NCBI RefSeq assembly: GCF_044704955.1 | Contig: NC_091992.1 | Span: 12,648,001 to 12,712,000 of the forward strand | DNA length: 64,000 nt | Direction of reading: 5' to 3' | Origin: Pristiophorus japonicus | Taxonomy: Eukaryota | Shown: positions 10,870 through 23,037 of the stretch, in pieces | How positions within the stretch are numbered: the stretch's first letter is position 1 | How the letters are laid out: every line of letters starts with the position of its first letter | Program-made: the position numbers and the translations under genes | Notes under the pieces: generated by a model | Seen by the model: only the letters and a program-made list of their open reading frames with translations | What the model was told of the DNA's origin: nothing | Databases searched by the model: none

Positions 10870-12751
10870 ACCAGAATTTTATTAACACAGAATGCAAGTA
10901 TAAGCCCCCCCCCCCCCCCCCCCACCCCTCCACGATAGTACCTTTGATCTATCTCGATCAACAGTCCCGTATCCGAGGAACTCTAAGCCAAGGATAAATA
11001 CAGCAGGGACTCTGACTAGCTTATATCTGTATTTATGTAGATAAGCCAAGAAACCCCACCGAGCTGAAATGCCTATGTAATGTCCGTCTAAGATAGTGAA
11101 AGGACCTTAAAGGACGATACCCAGGCTGCCATCTCATTTGCTCCATTACCCAAGTAGCGTTCGAGATAGCCTGGAATAATGATAGGAGTGACCTCCTGCT
11201 GTATAATTTGCATCAAGTGTTTATGATGCTTGTGTTCTTCTAAAGGGATGGTCAGGATTACACTGATGTCTGAAAGGACAATCACAGCAATGGACTCGGG
11301 TAGTGATCATAACTTTTTCTTGTCGCTATCAGTGTTAGACCCTCAAGTCTTCATGAGAGGTGATAGAAAAAGAGAACACACTATATGCAGAACCAACGCT
11401 GCCGGGGGAGGAAGGCGGGGGGGAGGAGTTATTTTTAAGCTGACATTTTACTGCAGTGGAGGTGAAACATCACATAAGATTCAGTGAAAACAACAACTTG
11501 TATTTATATAGTGCCTTTAATGTAGTGAAACGTCCCAAGGCGCTTCACAGGAGTACTGAGATTTAAAAAATCTGAACAAAAGTTCAAAATTGCTCTCCCA
11601 AGGTGCACTGTAGCAGTGTAGACAATAAGCACATGGCAGAGACTTGCTGAATCACTGTCAGTGTACAACAAACAGTACAAATTCATTTCTCATTTTACAA
11701 CCAGTATTTTCACATCCAACTCTAATTATAATTAACTTATTACCTGCCCATCCTACTGAAACTCAACAACACATGTAGAATGCCATACCAAGGGCATCAC
11801 TAAATGGGTTAAAGGGGGAAAGTGGCAAATCATACTTTTAAGTCCTCGAAGCGGCAGTATTCAATAAATAAAATGGAGGATGAGCCATGCCCAGTGAAGT
11901 GAAAAATAACTATCTCCATGAGTGACGCCGACAAGGTAACTTATGAACAAAAGTCACAAGCAGGTTACAGTCATCCTCATCATGAGCAAGCTATTTATGA
12001 TAGCACGCTGCTTCCTCAAGTATTCTTGAGCATTTCTGTAGAGTTTTCAATTGAAAAAAGTTTAAATTAAGTCAAGAAACAACTTGAAATTGTTTTCTCA
12101 ATAAAAATGACAATTTTATTTCAACAGTATGTCTCCACAAGGAGCAAGCGAAAAATTATACTGCAATAACTGATGGATTATTTTTAGTGGAGAATGCTTT
12201 ATAGGAGGTGTTAAAGAAAAGATTTGTACCAATAATTTTTTTAAAAGATGCGATCATAAATAGTTGTAGTAAAAAATAAAGCTAAGTCCGTGGTTAGAGG
12301 CTGGCTGAATCCTGCAAAGTGAGGAGGCCGATGAGGCCAAGTGATTAGAGTTAGACTGATTCAAGGTCTGGGTCAACTCTAAGGAGAGATAAAAAATTCC
12401 CAGGGGCAAATAGTCCCAGGTGGTTTTTAGAACCAATGGAGAAAAAATATGGGGTGATGAAGGGGCAGCAGTAAAAGGAAGATGGAGCCTCCAAGTATAT
12501 AAACCCTGTAACATTGGAGGTCCAGGGACGACATCACTGATGAGCCTACCAACATACTGGTTAAAAAAAACACATCTCAGCTGCCTCTGCCCCCCGCCAA
12601 ACCCCATATACTTAAAGTCTTTCTCTACTCACAAACTCAATGATTGTATGTGTGAAGTGATTAACTTTTCGCTTGAGCAGTAACAGGCAGAATTCTTGGG
12701 CAGAGAGGGAAATCCAAATATACACAATGGCCCGCAATTTGCTGACAGCGG

Positions 12752-13163
12752 CGATTCAGAAGAATGAGAGGTGATCTTATCGAAACATATAAGATAATGA
12801 GGGGGCTCGACAAGGTGGATGCAGAGAAGATATTTCCACTCATAGGGGAAACTAAAACTAGGGGACAATCTCAGAATAAGGCGCCGCCCATTTAAAACTG
12901 AGATGAGGAGGAATTTCTTCTCTGAGGGTTGTAAATCTGTGGAATTTTCTGCCCCAGAGAGCTGTGGAGGCTGGGTCATTGAATATATTTAAGGCAGAGA
13001 TAGACAGATTTTTGAGCGATAAGGGAATAACGGGTTATTTATGGAGAGTGAGGAGGGAAGTAGAGCCGAGTCCATGATCAGATCAGCCATGATCTTATTA
13101 AATGGTCGAGCAGGCTCGAGGGGCCAAATGGCCTACTCCTGCTCCTATTTCTTATGTTCGTAT
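12752..13163 (+). mobile_element. CR1 LINE 3' fragment (TTCTTATG-tail subfamily)
   Basis: Encodes RRMRGDLIETYKIMRGLDKVDA; the 3' UTR ends ...CCTATTTCTTATGTT. Confidence 0.9.
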
Positions 13164-14189
13164 GATGTGATGCCGAAGAAAGCTGGCCACAGAGATCTTG
13201 TGATTTCTGTGGCAAAATCTTTACGTTTCTCGAATTGATTGTGGCGCAACGTAAAGGGGATTCCTAGTGTCGTGCAGCAATGTCATCAAGCTGTCTCAAC
13301 AGCCAATCACATTGAAGAATTTATAGACAGCAAACCAGGAAATCAAAAGCACTGATTGAGTTCACTTTAAAAATGTTAGAGAGCGCGAAATAAAGATTGG
13401 GACATACACATGGTGTTAAGGTAGAAGCTGGAATATGATGATGAACAAAGAAATCTAGTCATTTTTAGCATAATGGAGAAATTTGATATTCCACAAATAA
13501 TTTTTTTTCCAGGGCCAGAACAGTTGTTTAGCGGTCAATATAATCCCGGTTACATCTATTCCAACAAGGCTTAACAATTAACGGGGTGTTTAACAGCAAC
13601 ATTAGTGCGGAAAAGCTCAAGTTTTCATCAGATTCCCTGATTGCCAGCTATGGGGGGGGTGGGGGGGGTCGGAGCAGTGAAGGACTGACCGCAACTTCAG
13701 GATTTCTGTGTTTAGATGCACATGCACTAAAGCCTGAAGTTACGCTTATAGTTTCAGAGGGGTAATGAAGGCAAACGCTGACAGTTCGCCATCATTACCC
13801 ATCGCAAAATCCAGGCCAATGCAAACTTCAATATTGGACTGTTTGAATATTACAGACCTGGCATAGCGAAGTGCCATGATACCCAATATTTCTATGGTCA
13901 AAAAATTATTTTTGTATCAAATTCCAACTCCTGCTGGCTGCAATTTGATAAATAATTATTTTTGTCGCGATTGGATGTTTTGTTTGTAGAACAAACTACA
14001 CCAAGCCACATTTCCTGTCTGACCTCTGTCCAAGTAACTTGTTTGTGCTAAACATGAACAAGTCAAGATTAAGATGATCATTGTAGTCAAAACACAACCA
14101 TAAACTTCACAACAATAGTTGCACTATGTTGAGGCAATAATGAGGTTATTTATGTGACAGGAATTTTAACACAAGTGATTATTTTTTCC

Positions 14190-14425
14190 TATTTGCTCTT
14201 AGGATGTGGACAACACTGGACATTAAAAGTCAGCCACATAGCATGGGACTGGAGTCACTTTTAGGCCAGACCAGGTAATGGATGACTGGTTCCCTTCCCA
14301 GAAGGACATTAATGAACAATCCTACAGCTGATCAGTTATTTTCTGGTGCTAGTCAGATTTATTAAAATCAACCGCAGCTTGCCATAGTGGGATTTGAACA
14401 TTGAACCACCAGATTGTCAGTCCAC
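14190..14425 (-). mobile_element. Degenerate tRNA-derived SINE, same family as 15184-15593
   Basis: GGACTGGAGTCAC...GGCCAGACC...GAAGGACATTA is the reverse complement of the core of the 15184 element. Confidence 0.6.
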
Positions 14426-14435
14426 TGCTGTGGAA

Positions 14436-14867
14436 AGATTTGCGATTATACAGCACCTCAGGACGTCCTAAAGCCCTTCACAGGCAATTAAGTACTTTGA
14501 AGTGTAGTCACTGTTTTAATGTTGGAAGGACGGAAACCAATTTACTCACAAGCTCCCACAAATATGATCAAGACTGGATAATCTGTTTCAGTGAGGTTGG
14601 TTGAGGGATAAATATTGGCCAGGACACCAAGGAAAATTTCCCTGCTCTTCTTTGAAAAAGTGTCACGGGATCTTTTAATGTCCACCTTTGAGTGTGTCGG
14701 GGATTTAACGTCTCATGTGAAAGACGGCACTGCTGACAGTGTAGCGCTTCCTCAGTACTGCACTGTAGGGTCAGCTGAGGTTTTTGTGCTCATGTCTCGA
14801 GTGGGACCTAAATCTATCACCTTCTGACTCAGAGGCAAGAGTGCTACTACTGAGCCCCGGCTGACAC
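14436..14867 (-). mobile_element. Near full-length Deu-domain SINE
   Basis: tRNA-like head (GGCTCAGTAGTAGCACTCTTGCCTCTGAGTCAGAAGG on the - strand), Deu core and L2-like tail. Confidence 0.8.
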
Positions 14868-15183
14868 TAGGCTACCATGTCTAGTACAAAATGAAGCACG
14901 GTACAAAACAAAGACTTCACGGATCATAAATACCGATGCACACCTTTTCACTTTGCTGTTAAATTCTGTCTTTTTTAAAAATTATTAAGCACATACACAA
15001 CCCAGCAGTCATTGGAGAGTAATCAATACTCAGAACCCCAACATATATTGCCACTTGCAAATCCAGGGACCCCAAGGCAAATTATAGCAACCCTACCACT
15101 CTCCATCAACGATCAACTAATCAACAAAGATCTGGGAAATTTTTCTGCTCCATGGCTCAGCTCACAAGGTTTTACCTTACCAG

Positions 15184-15593
15184 GTATGGTAGCATAGTGG
15201 TTATGTTACTGGATTATTCATCCAGAGGCCTGGACCAATGATCCAGAGATGTGAGTTCAAATCCCACTACGGTGGCTGGAGAATTTAAATTCAATTAAAA
15301 TAAATCTGGAATAAAAACCTAGCATCAGAAATGGTGAAACGATGGGATTGTTGTAAAAACCCATCTGGTTCGCTAATGACCTTCAGGGAGGAAATCTGCC
15401 GGTCTGGCCTATATGTGACTCCAGACCCAACAGCAATGTGGTTGACTCTTAAACTGCCCTCTGAAATGGCCAAAGCAAGCCACTCAGTTGTATTCAAGGC
15501 AGTGGCTCACCACCACCTTCTCGAGGGCAATTAGGGATGGGCAATAAACTGGCCTTGTCGGTGATGTCCACATCCCATGAATGAATTTTTTTT
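15184..15593 (+). mobile_element. Full-length tRNA-derived SINE (Meta-domain-like core) with a LINE-derived tail
   Basis: A box TAGCATAGTGG, B box GAGTTCAAATCC, core GGTCTGGCCTATATGTGACTCCAGACCC. The tail matches the LINE 3' end at 17105. Confidence 0.8.
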
Positions 15594-15951
15594 AAACTAA
15601 GTAAATCAAGGGCTTTATAAAAAGAAACTTTTAACTGCATAGCAAAATAGCTTCAAATCAAGTTTATACTTAACATTTAATCACACCACCAACAGGAACA
15701 AATATATGCAGACACATTTTTGAAGTCAATTATCTGACAAGTATCCCAGGTTGAAACTGGCAACAATCACAGCCCAGTAATGATTCTGAACTGATTTCAT
15801 TCAATATAAAAGTAATTAATGATACGTGAATAAACTTTAGCTGTCACACAGACTATTTGTTCATCAAGAATTAACTGCATCTAACTGATCATTTAAGAGC
15901 ATTTCTTCTACTTTCGTCACTAGGACCTGAACCCAAGGAGATCACACTGAC

Positions 15952-16142
15952 CTGGTGGAGACTCGGCTGAAGACAGCATTGAAGTTATTGCAGCTCAGGG
16001 AGAAGAGAACCCCAGATGCAGAGTTGCGGAGCTGTGCAACCAACTGGTTTCCTTCGCGGGACATGTGGATGAATTGGCAGATTTCCGGCAGTAGCTGTTT
16101 CACGAGCATCGTCTCATCAAGCCGCATTGTATCCTTGGGCTG
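15952..16142 (-). CDS. NF1: Neurofibromin coding exon 4 (QPKDTMRLDETMLVKQLLPEICQFIHMSREGNQLVAQLRNSASGVLFSLSCNNFNAVFSRVSTR)
   Basis: Length 191 nt as in human; TAG acceptor; GTCAGT donor; overlaps ORF 15942..16127. Confidence 0.96.
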
Positions 16143-16369
16143 CTACCAAAACCAACAGTGGGTTAAAAGTTACAGGCACAGCAATGCAACAAATGTATAT
16201 GCCATGAATACACTCAAAACAACAAACTCGGTACTGTTTTCGGCTCTGGGGGGGCGCGGACTAACTGAAGTTTAATATCATTGCTTTTAAGTAAATGGCC
16301 CAAAGTCTAAACAAATGCCGATCAGCAGAAGAATTGGGGGAGGTGACCCAAAGCATGACTGTAGCGGTA

Positions 16370-16630
16370 CACAAGAAATTGGAGGAGGAGTAGACCAGTC
16401 AGCTCTTCGAGTCTGCTCCACCGTTCAATAAGATCATGGTTGATCTTCTACCTCAACTCCACCATCCCGCATTATCCCCATATCCCTTGGTTCCCTTAGT
16501 GCCCAAAAACCTAGCACTCTCAATTTTGAATATAATCAACGACTGAGCATCCATAGCCCTCTGGGGAAGAGAATTCCAAATATTCACAACCCTTTGAGTG
16601 AAGAAATTTCTCCTCATCTCAGTCCTAAAT
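16370..16630 (-). mobile_element. CR1 3' fragment
   Basis: Similar to the 3' ends of other CR1 copies in the window (GAAGAAATTTCTCCTCATCTCAGTCCTAAAT). Confidence 0.8.
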
Positions 16631-17104
16631 AGTTTTTTTTTTACAATAGATATTGAATATGCTTTTGAAGGTGGGGAGCAAGGTGGAAGGATTTAGGAAG
16701 AAAGCTCCAGAGGAGAATCCAGACAGCACTGCGATGTGCAAGGCTGGAGACGGTTGCACAGATAGAGCTGGGCGAGGCATGGAAAGACTTGTAAATTAGA
16801 ACTAGAAAAATCAGAGGGATAGTTAATCTGTGTCACTTTTGCACACTTCAGTGTAGCTAGGAAAAATGTTGACTACTCAGAAATATGGTGTGGTACAAGC
16901 TCAGCCTAAGCAAGGCGACAAAGTAACTTGCAAAATAGAAAAGAGGGAGAGAGGATTTCAAGAACATTTTTACAGAGAGCATATAAAGTAAGTAAATTCT
17001 TGAAGCAACAAACCAAATACAGTATCTAGGAGTTAAAATTGCCCAAAATATAGCACAAAGCATTTGATACTGGATTTAGCCAAATTTCTGCTAGTGGTAA
17101 CCTT

Positions 17105-17652
17105 TTTTATTCATTCACGGGATGAAGGCATCGCTGGCAAGACCAGCATTTATTGCCCATCCCCAATTGCCCTCGAGAAGGTGGTAGTGAGCCACCTTCT
17201 TGAACCGCTACAATCCGTGTGATGAAGGTACTCCCACAGTGCTGTTCGGGAGTGAGTTCCAGAATTTTGACCCAGCGACAATGAAGGAACGCGATATATT
17301 TCCAAGTCGGGATGGTGCGTGACTTAGAGGGGAACTTACAGGTGATGGTGTTCCCATGTGCCTGCTGCCCTTGTACTTCTGGGTGGTAGAGGTCACTGGT
17401 TTGGGAAGTGCTATCAAAGAAGTCTTGGTGGGTTGCTGCAGTGCAACATATAGATGGCACACGCTGCAGCCATGCTGCGCCGGTGGTGGTGGATGGAATG
17501 CTAATCAACCAGGCTGCTTGGTCCTGGATGGTGTCAAGTTTCTTGTGTTGTTGGAGCTGCACTCATCCAGAGAAGTGGACAGTATTTGATCACACTCCTG
17601 ACTTGTGCCTTGTAGATGGTGGAAAGGCTTTGGGGAGTCAGGGGTGAGTCAC
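17105..17652 (-). mobile_element. CR1/L2-group LINE 3' fragment (tail donor for the 15184 SINE)
   Basis: C-terminal motif RSFIVAGSKFWNSLP in ORF 17208..17462; ends ...CCCGTGAATGAATAAAAAA on the - strand. Confidence 0.8.
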
Positions 17653-19619
17653 TACCAACGAAAGCATCAATTACAGTTCCAAAAAACTATGGTCAGGTAC
17701 ATACTATTTGTAATTGTTTCCAGTCCAGCACATCATGCAATACCAGTCAATCAGTGCCAGACAAAGCAGAGTTTGCCTATACATACATATTCAGTGGGTC
17801 AAGCAAAAAAAATTAAATATACACAAGGAAAAGGCTTAACTGAAGGACACTTGGCTTTGTGTCAGCAACAGCAGGCAATGTTGTTGTTTTCAGAAAATCT
17901 TTTGCATTACATCCCAGAGGCAAAAAGGAGCAACAGACTGTATTAAAATTAAATACATCGAGACCCCTTTGTCTTTGGGCCCTGATGTAATCCCAACAGA
18001 AACTCCAACAAGACAAGCGTAGACCAGAACAAGGAAACACCTGCAAAAGACATCTTTAGCTAGTAGTGGTGAGCAATCCATCTTTAAATTCGATAATACA
18101 TGAAGTTTGGATCTTCAATCTTTCACTTTACTGGTTTTATGTAAATATTAGAGCTTCAAAAAACCACAAGTCTTCTCAATATGCAACAGATTCTATGCTG
18201 AATCAAACGGTCATGGCTTTTCAGATACTTTACAGAAGTGGAAACCTCAAATGCACGGTCCTTTCAAATGTAAAGGTTGCTTTTATTTTTTTTCCAGTTG
18301 AGAATTTAATCCACATTTCCTCTCCCAAAATTGATTTGTGCTGGGCATCATCACATGTGCCCTCCAGTGCATCACTGAATTGGTCAGTCTCTGTGTGTGA
18401 GCTCAGTGAGCATTAACAGCTTGACTGGGGAAAGGGGGAGGATGGTGGGGGTAAGATGTGCAATACCAATCCTTTCCTCAACTCAAGTTCACATTTGTAC
18501 ACATATTTTAGCAGGGGGTAACTTCCCCTTTCCTCGCCTGGTGGCACTGAGGCAGATAGTCGTGTCCCAACTGACACCCACCCTGAAATCAACCAAAGCC
18601 ATAATTGAGGAACTAATCGTGGAACCCTGTATGGCTCCGTCACATGATGCCTTTGTCAACTAACCCATCTGAAGAGTTTACTGCTTATTGGTGTACTGGG
18701 TTTTTTTTGTGTCTATTTCATATCCCCCTTGCTTTCCCCCATTGTAAAAAATAGGCGTGTGACATGCTGTAAAATAAGGAATATTAAAATTACAACTGTT
18801 ACACAAAGGCAGGTTTCAAACTGTAGTGTGTAAAATATTTGATGCAAGTTCCTTCCTCAGTTGCATCAATTCTTAAATCAATCAAAAATTCACTGAGCGT
18901 TGTTGGAAAGCACATTCAAAGCAGACAAGTTTGCCAGGACTGCAAGCGGCCAGTTACAGCTTTGATCGAAGGAACTTCACATTCCACTAACAGTAATTTT
19001 TTTTACCGAAAAAATCTTAAAAAGGATAGAGTTGCAGTGTGTTTGGTGTAGTGGTGCAAGAGGTAGGACAGAGGTCAGCAGCTTCACCTGTCCAATTTTG
19101 GCTCGGCTGATTGTGCCTCCAGATACAGAGGAAGCCAAATGATTTTTAACGTGTGTTTGAAAAAGGAAAAAAATCCTGCCGAACAATCACCCCAGGTCAT
19201 GCTCACTCACGATCCAGTTGCACCGGAGCCAACTTTCTGCCTTGGCAGTTGTTCAATCTGGTGTTGAATTTGGTGGACAGTGGGAGATTGAGAAGGAAAA
19301 CCAGGTGAGGAAATGGAGAGAAAATACCATGTTTAAAAAAAAAAGTAAAACACTGCATTTCCTTCATCGCTCTTCAAACATGCTTCTGTAACAAATTCTG
19401 CTGGATCACTCACTAATTGTATCAGTGAGAGTCAACTTGCAATATAATTCATGGACCAAGCAAAACAAGAGGAGTGTAATAAAACAGATGTCAGCTGTGT
19501 AGGGTTTTCAACCTTCCAACATTTTAATTTTCTGAGATATTTAGTACTTACTACAATTTTTTTTAAATAGTCTTTTCCCCACAAAACCAATCCTGCCCCC
19601 TGCCCTAGCCACAAACCTT

Positions 19620-20200
19620 TGTTTTTCTCTAGTTTCTCCCACATCTCTCCATCAGGCCTCTGCGAGCTCATCTCAGCACATCTGATGCCAAAACCCTCAT
19701 CCATGCCTTTGTCAACTCCAGGCTCGACTATTCCAAATGCTTTCGGGGCTGGCCTCCCATCTGCCACGCTCCATAAGAAAACTCTACTGCCCGCATCCAT
19801 GTTCACCATGTCCAGCTCAGCCATCATCTGTGCCCTTGCTGACCTACATTAGCGCTCCAATTTAAAATTCTCATCCTCCTGTTTAAATCTCTTAATGGCC
19901 TCACCCCTCCTGATCTTAGTCACTTCCTCCAGCCTCAAAACCCTGACCCGCAAACTCTCCATTCCTCTCGGGCATCCCTTCCTCCTTCACCCCACCGCTG
20001 GCAGCTGTGCCTAGATCCCACACTCTGGAATTGCCTACTTAAAACCCTCCGCCTCTTCACATGCCTGCTCTTTAACATGTTGCTATGTTAACGGGTGCTA
20101 TATAAATGCACGTTGTTGTTGAAGCTCTCCTTAAAAGCCACCTCGTTGACCAAGCTTTTGGTGCCTTGGGACGTTTTTCTACATTAAACCTGTTGTTGTA
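19620..20200 (+). mobile_element. Degenerate L2 LINE 3' fragment
   Basis: Remnants resembling LIHAFV.SRLDYSN and LWN.LP; tail GCTATATAAATGCACGTTGTTGTT. Confidence 0.7.
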
Positions 20201-20682
20201 GTTAGGGGTTTTACTGCAAAACTCCTTTGCAAAGTGAAATTACTGATGTACATTATATTCTTTTATACAGCACATGGGGAGTAGAAAGCAAAGAGCACCT
20301 CGACTGAGGTCTTGCTGTGCAGAGCTGGAAAGAAAAATCTTTCAGAATCCAATACAGCCAAATAAAATGTCACTATTTGTTTTGCTTATATTCTGCAGCT
20401 CTGGAGACTATCTGAGATATGATTCTCACACACAATCGATTGCCAGTGAACTAGATTTTAAAATGGTCAGTTGCTCTCCTTTTACTAGGATATCGAGGAG
20501 GTTTAAGTTATCATGCTTATGGAATGGAGTATTGCAGCCACAAGTGCAGGGCAGCACATCAGTGGGATGCCAATCCACCTCCCAAAATTCCCCATTTGGC
20601 AAACTCTCACTCTTGGCTATGCCTTTGATTTAGGTCAGGCTCTAATTTTTTTTTTAAACTACAAACATCAGCAAAGATAAAT

Positions 20683-21427
20683 GGACCTGAAATCCCGGCC
20701 TCCCTGGGTCGTACGGAGTGTGTACAGACCCAGGAAGACATCGCAAAAGCCGGTCTTCGGCACGCAATGCGCATGCTGAAAACTGGCTTTTCCGATCTGT
20801 CAAGTTTCTGGCTTGACAGATCGCACACATCTCGGGGAGAAGGACATTCCCATGGCAGAAATTGGGCGATTTGATGATCTTTTGCCCTGCGAATGTCCTT
20901 AAAACTCTTGCGACTGGTAAAAGCAGGTGCACAGCCTACTTTTACTAGCATAAGAGTTTTAAAACATATCCAAAACATTAAAATAAAATTTAAAAATATG
21001 TTTGTTAAAAACCCTGCCCACTCAGGTAATTTTATTTTAAACAATAATGAAACTTTTTTTTTAAATCGGCAAATAATTGTTTTCAAAAACATTTCTATCA
21101 TCTTTCATTTCTATAATGTATTTATGCAAGATGTTTTTTTTAATTTTTTAATTTAGTGTTTGGGTGTGTTTCTCATTCATAGTAATAGGAGTTTCAGACA
21201 TACGAAACTTCTATTACTATGAATGAGAAAATACTTGACCGTGATTGGTTGTCCAGGCCCATGTGACGCCTACGGACATCCCAACGTGAACGCGCTTCGC
21301 TGCGCAAAAGGCCGCCGCCTCAGGACCAGGATCTCTGGTGAGTGTTCAAACAAAAAGGTAAGTGCGCATCTTTTCACCTATTTTTAGTCGAACGCCCGCG
21401 GGAAGAAGAAACCGGGATTTCAGGGCC
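20683..21427. mobile_element. Non-autonomous TIR element (PIF/Harbinger-like MITE)
   Basis: TIRs GGACCTGAAATCCCGG and CCGGGATTTCAGGGCC (15/16 match); internal palindromes. Confidence 0.75.
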
Positions 21428-22776
21428 TTTAATCCACAATATTGACATTTAGCTTCATCTTAAAATGAATCTTGAAAATATTTTTTCTTCAATGTACAGC
21501 GGATACCTCCAGCTGGTTCACACCAGTGTAGACTATTTTTCATAGCATCCATATTATCCAACCCAAATCCCTTCCTAAACAGCTTCTGTAATGAACTGTG
21601 GCCCACCCTCCTATCTAGCCATCCACTTTCACTCCTGAAGCATTGAGCACACATAGCAGATTTTAAAATGCTTCATCTTCCAGCAAATTAGCAAGGTACA
21701 CGGAACCAAAATGATATTTTTCAATTCTGAATCAAAAGAAAATCACAGTGTGAACAGCGAGTCAATTGCAAATAATACAAATGCAACACATGTAATGCTC
21801 GCAAATTGTAGATCCTGGATTCTATTCCCACAATTCCTCAGAGCCAGCTCTGCTCTCAGCTGGAGCAATAGGGCCAACACACGAGAAATTCTGCCGAGAT
21901 ACATCAAATAAAAAGTAGACAGCTCAAATCTTGTCCAACCATCCAGCTAAGTGCAGAACAAGAGAGAGTCTTTGAGGCAGAACACTTGTGCTCCTTCTTG
22001 GTGCACAAAGGCTTAGAAAACATTAACATAACACAAGCCTGCTCCACCATTCAATGAGATCATGGCTGATCTTCTACCTCAACTCCACTTTCCTGCACTA
22101 TCCCCATATCCCTCGATTCCCTTAATATACAAAAGGACTAAAGGACTAAATTCAAGCTGTTTTTTTTCCCCCAAAGAATTAGGAGACCCTCTTTGGGAGG
22201 TTTGAAGGATAATAAATGTGCTTGGTAATATTTGTCAGGAAACGCTAATACAGAACACATCCTACAAGAATTAATTCAATAACTAACTGGAAACCAAAAT
22301 TAAGCTGTGCCAATACTGTTACTTTCACCCTCTTCTTGCATATTAAGGTATCCCCATATTTAACCAAGACAACAGGCAGTCAACCTGTTCTCATGGTACT
22401 GCCAATACAGTTCTTCAGTTAGCTCATTAGACGTGCACAGGATAGATTCCATTGGCCTGACTCCTATACACTCTCTCCCGTTAGATACAAGTCTCCCCAG
22501 GATCATCCGACTAAGACTGTGAACAAGAGGGAAAGTGTGCACAAGCATGCTGGTTGCTGCTATATTTCCATCAAGATTGTATATCTCATTGCTAATGATC
22601 TGTTGAGAAAAATTAACATTTGGTTTTAAAGTCAGGTAGTAAGTCAAGAAATGCTCCTTTTGGCATGAACATTAATAACCATAACCCTGGCTGTATTTTC
22701 TAAATTTTAATCGATTTTGTAGCACAGCATCAACACAATTTGTAAATTGGAAATATCCAGACTTTTTGTTACTTAC

Positions 22777-22860
22777 TCCTGCAAGACACTTCTCCAATGT
22801 ATCCAATATGATCAGCTGCGAAAGGTACAAGTTCTTCTCAGCTTCTGCTCCAAATATTCG
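22777..22860 (-). CDS. NF1: Neurofibromin coding exon 3 (RIFGAEAEKNLYLSQLIILDTLEKCLAG)
   Basis: Translated manually (not in the ORF track). Length 84 nt as in human; TAG acceptor; GTAAGT donor. Confidence 0.96.
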
Positions 22861-23037
22861 CTATGTAAACAAAGCACAATGTTAGGAAATACCCTCTGGA
22901 GAATGTCTAAACATTAAGAAAAGGTCCATTAGGATTCTGAAAAGCTAAAAAAAAAGTAATTTTTGTCCCACTAAGGAGCAGCATGTTCTCAAACTGATTC
23001 CATATCCTTCCCTATCTCAAATCTCCTCCAGCCCCAG

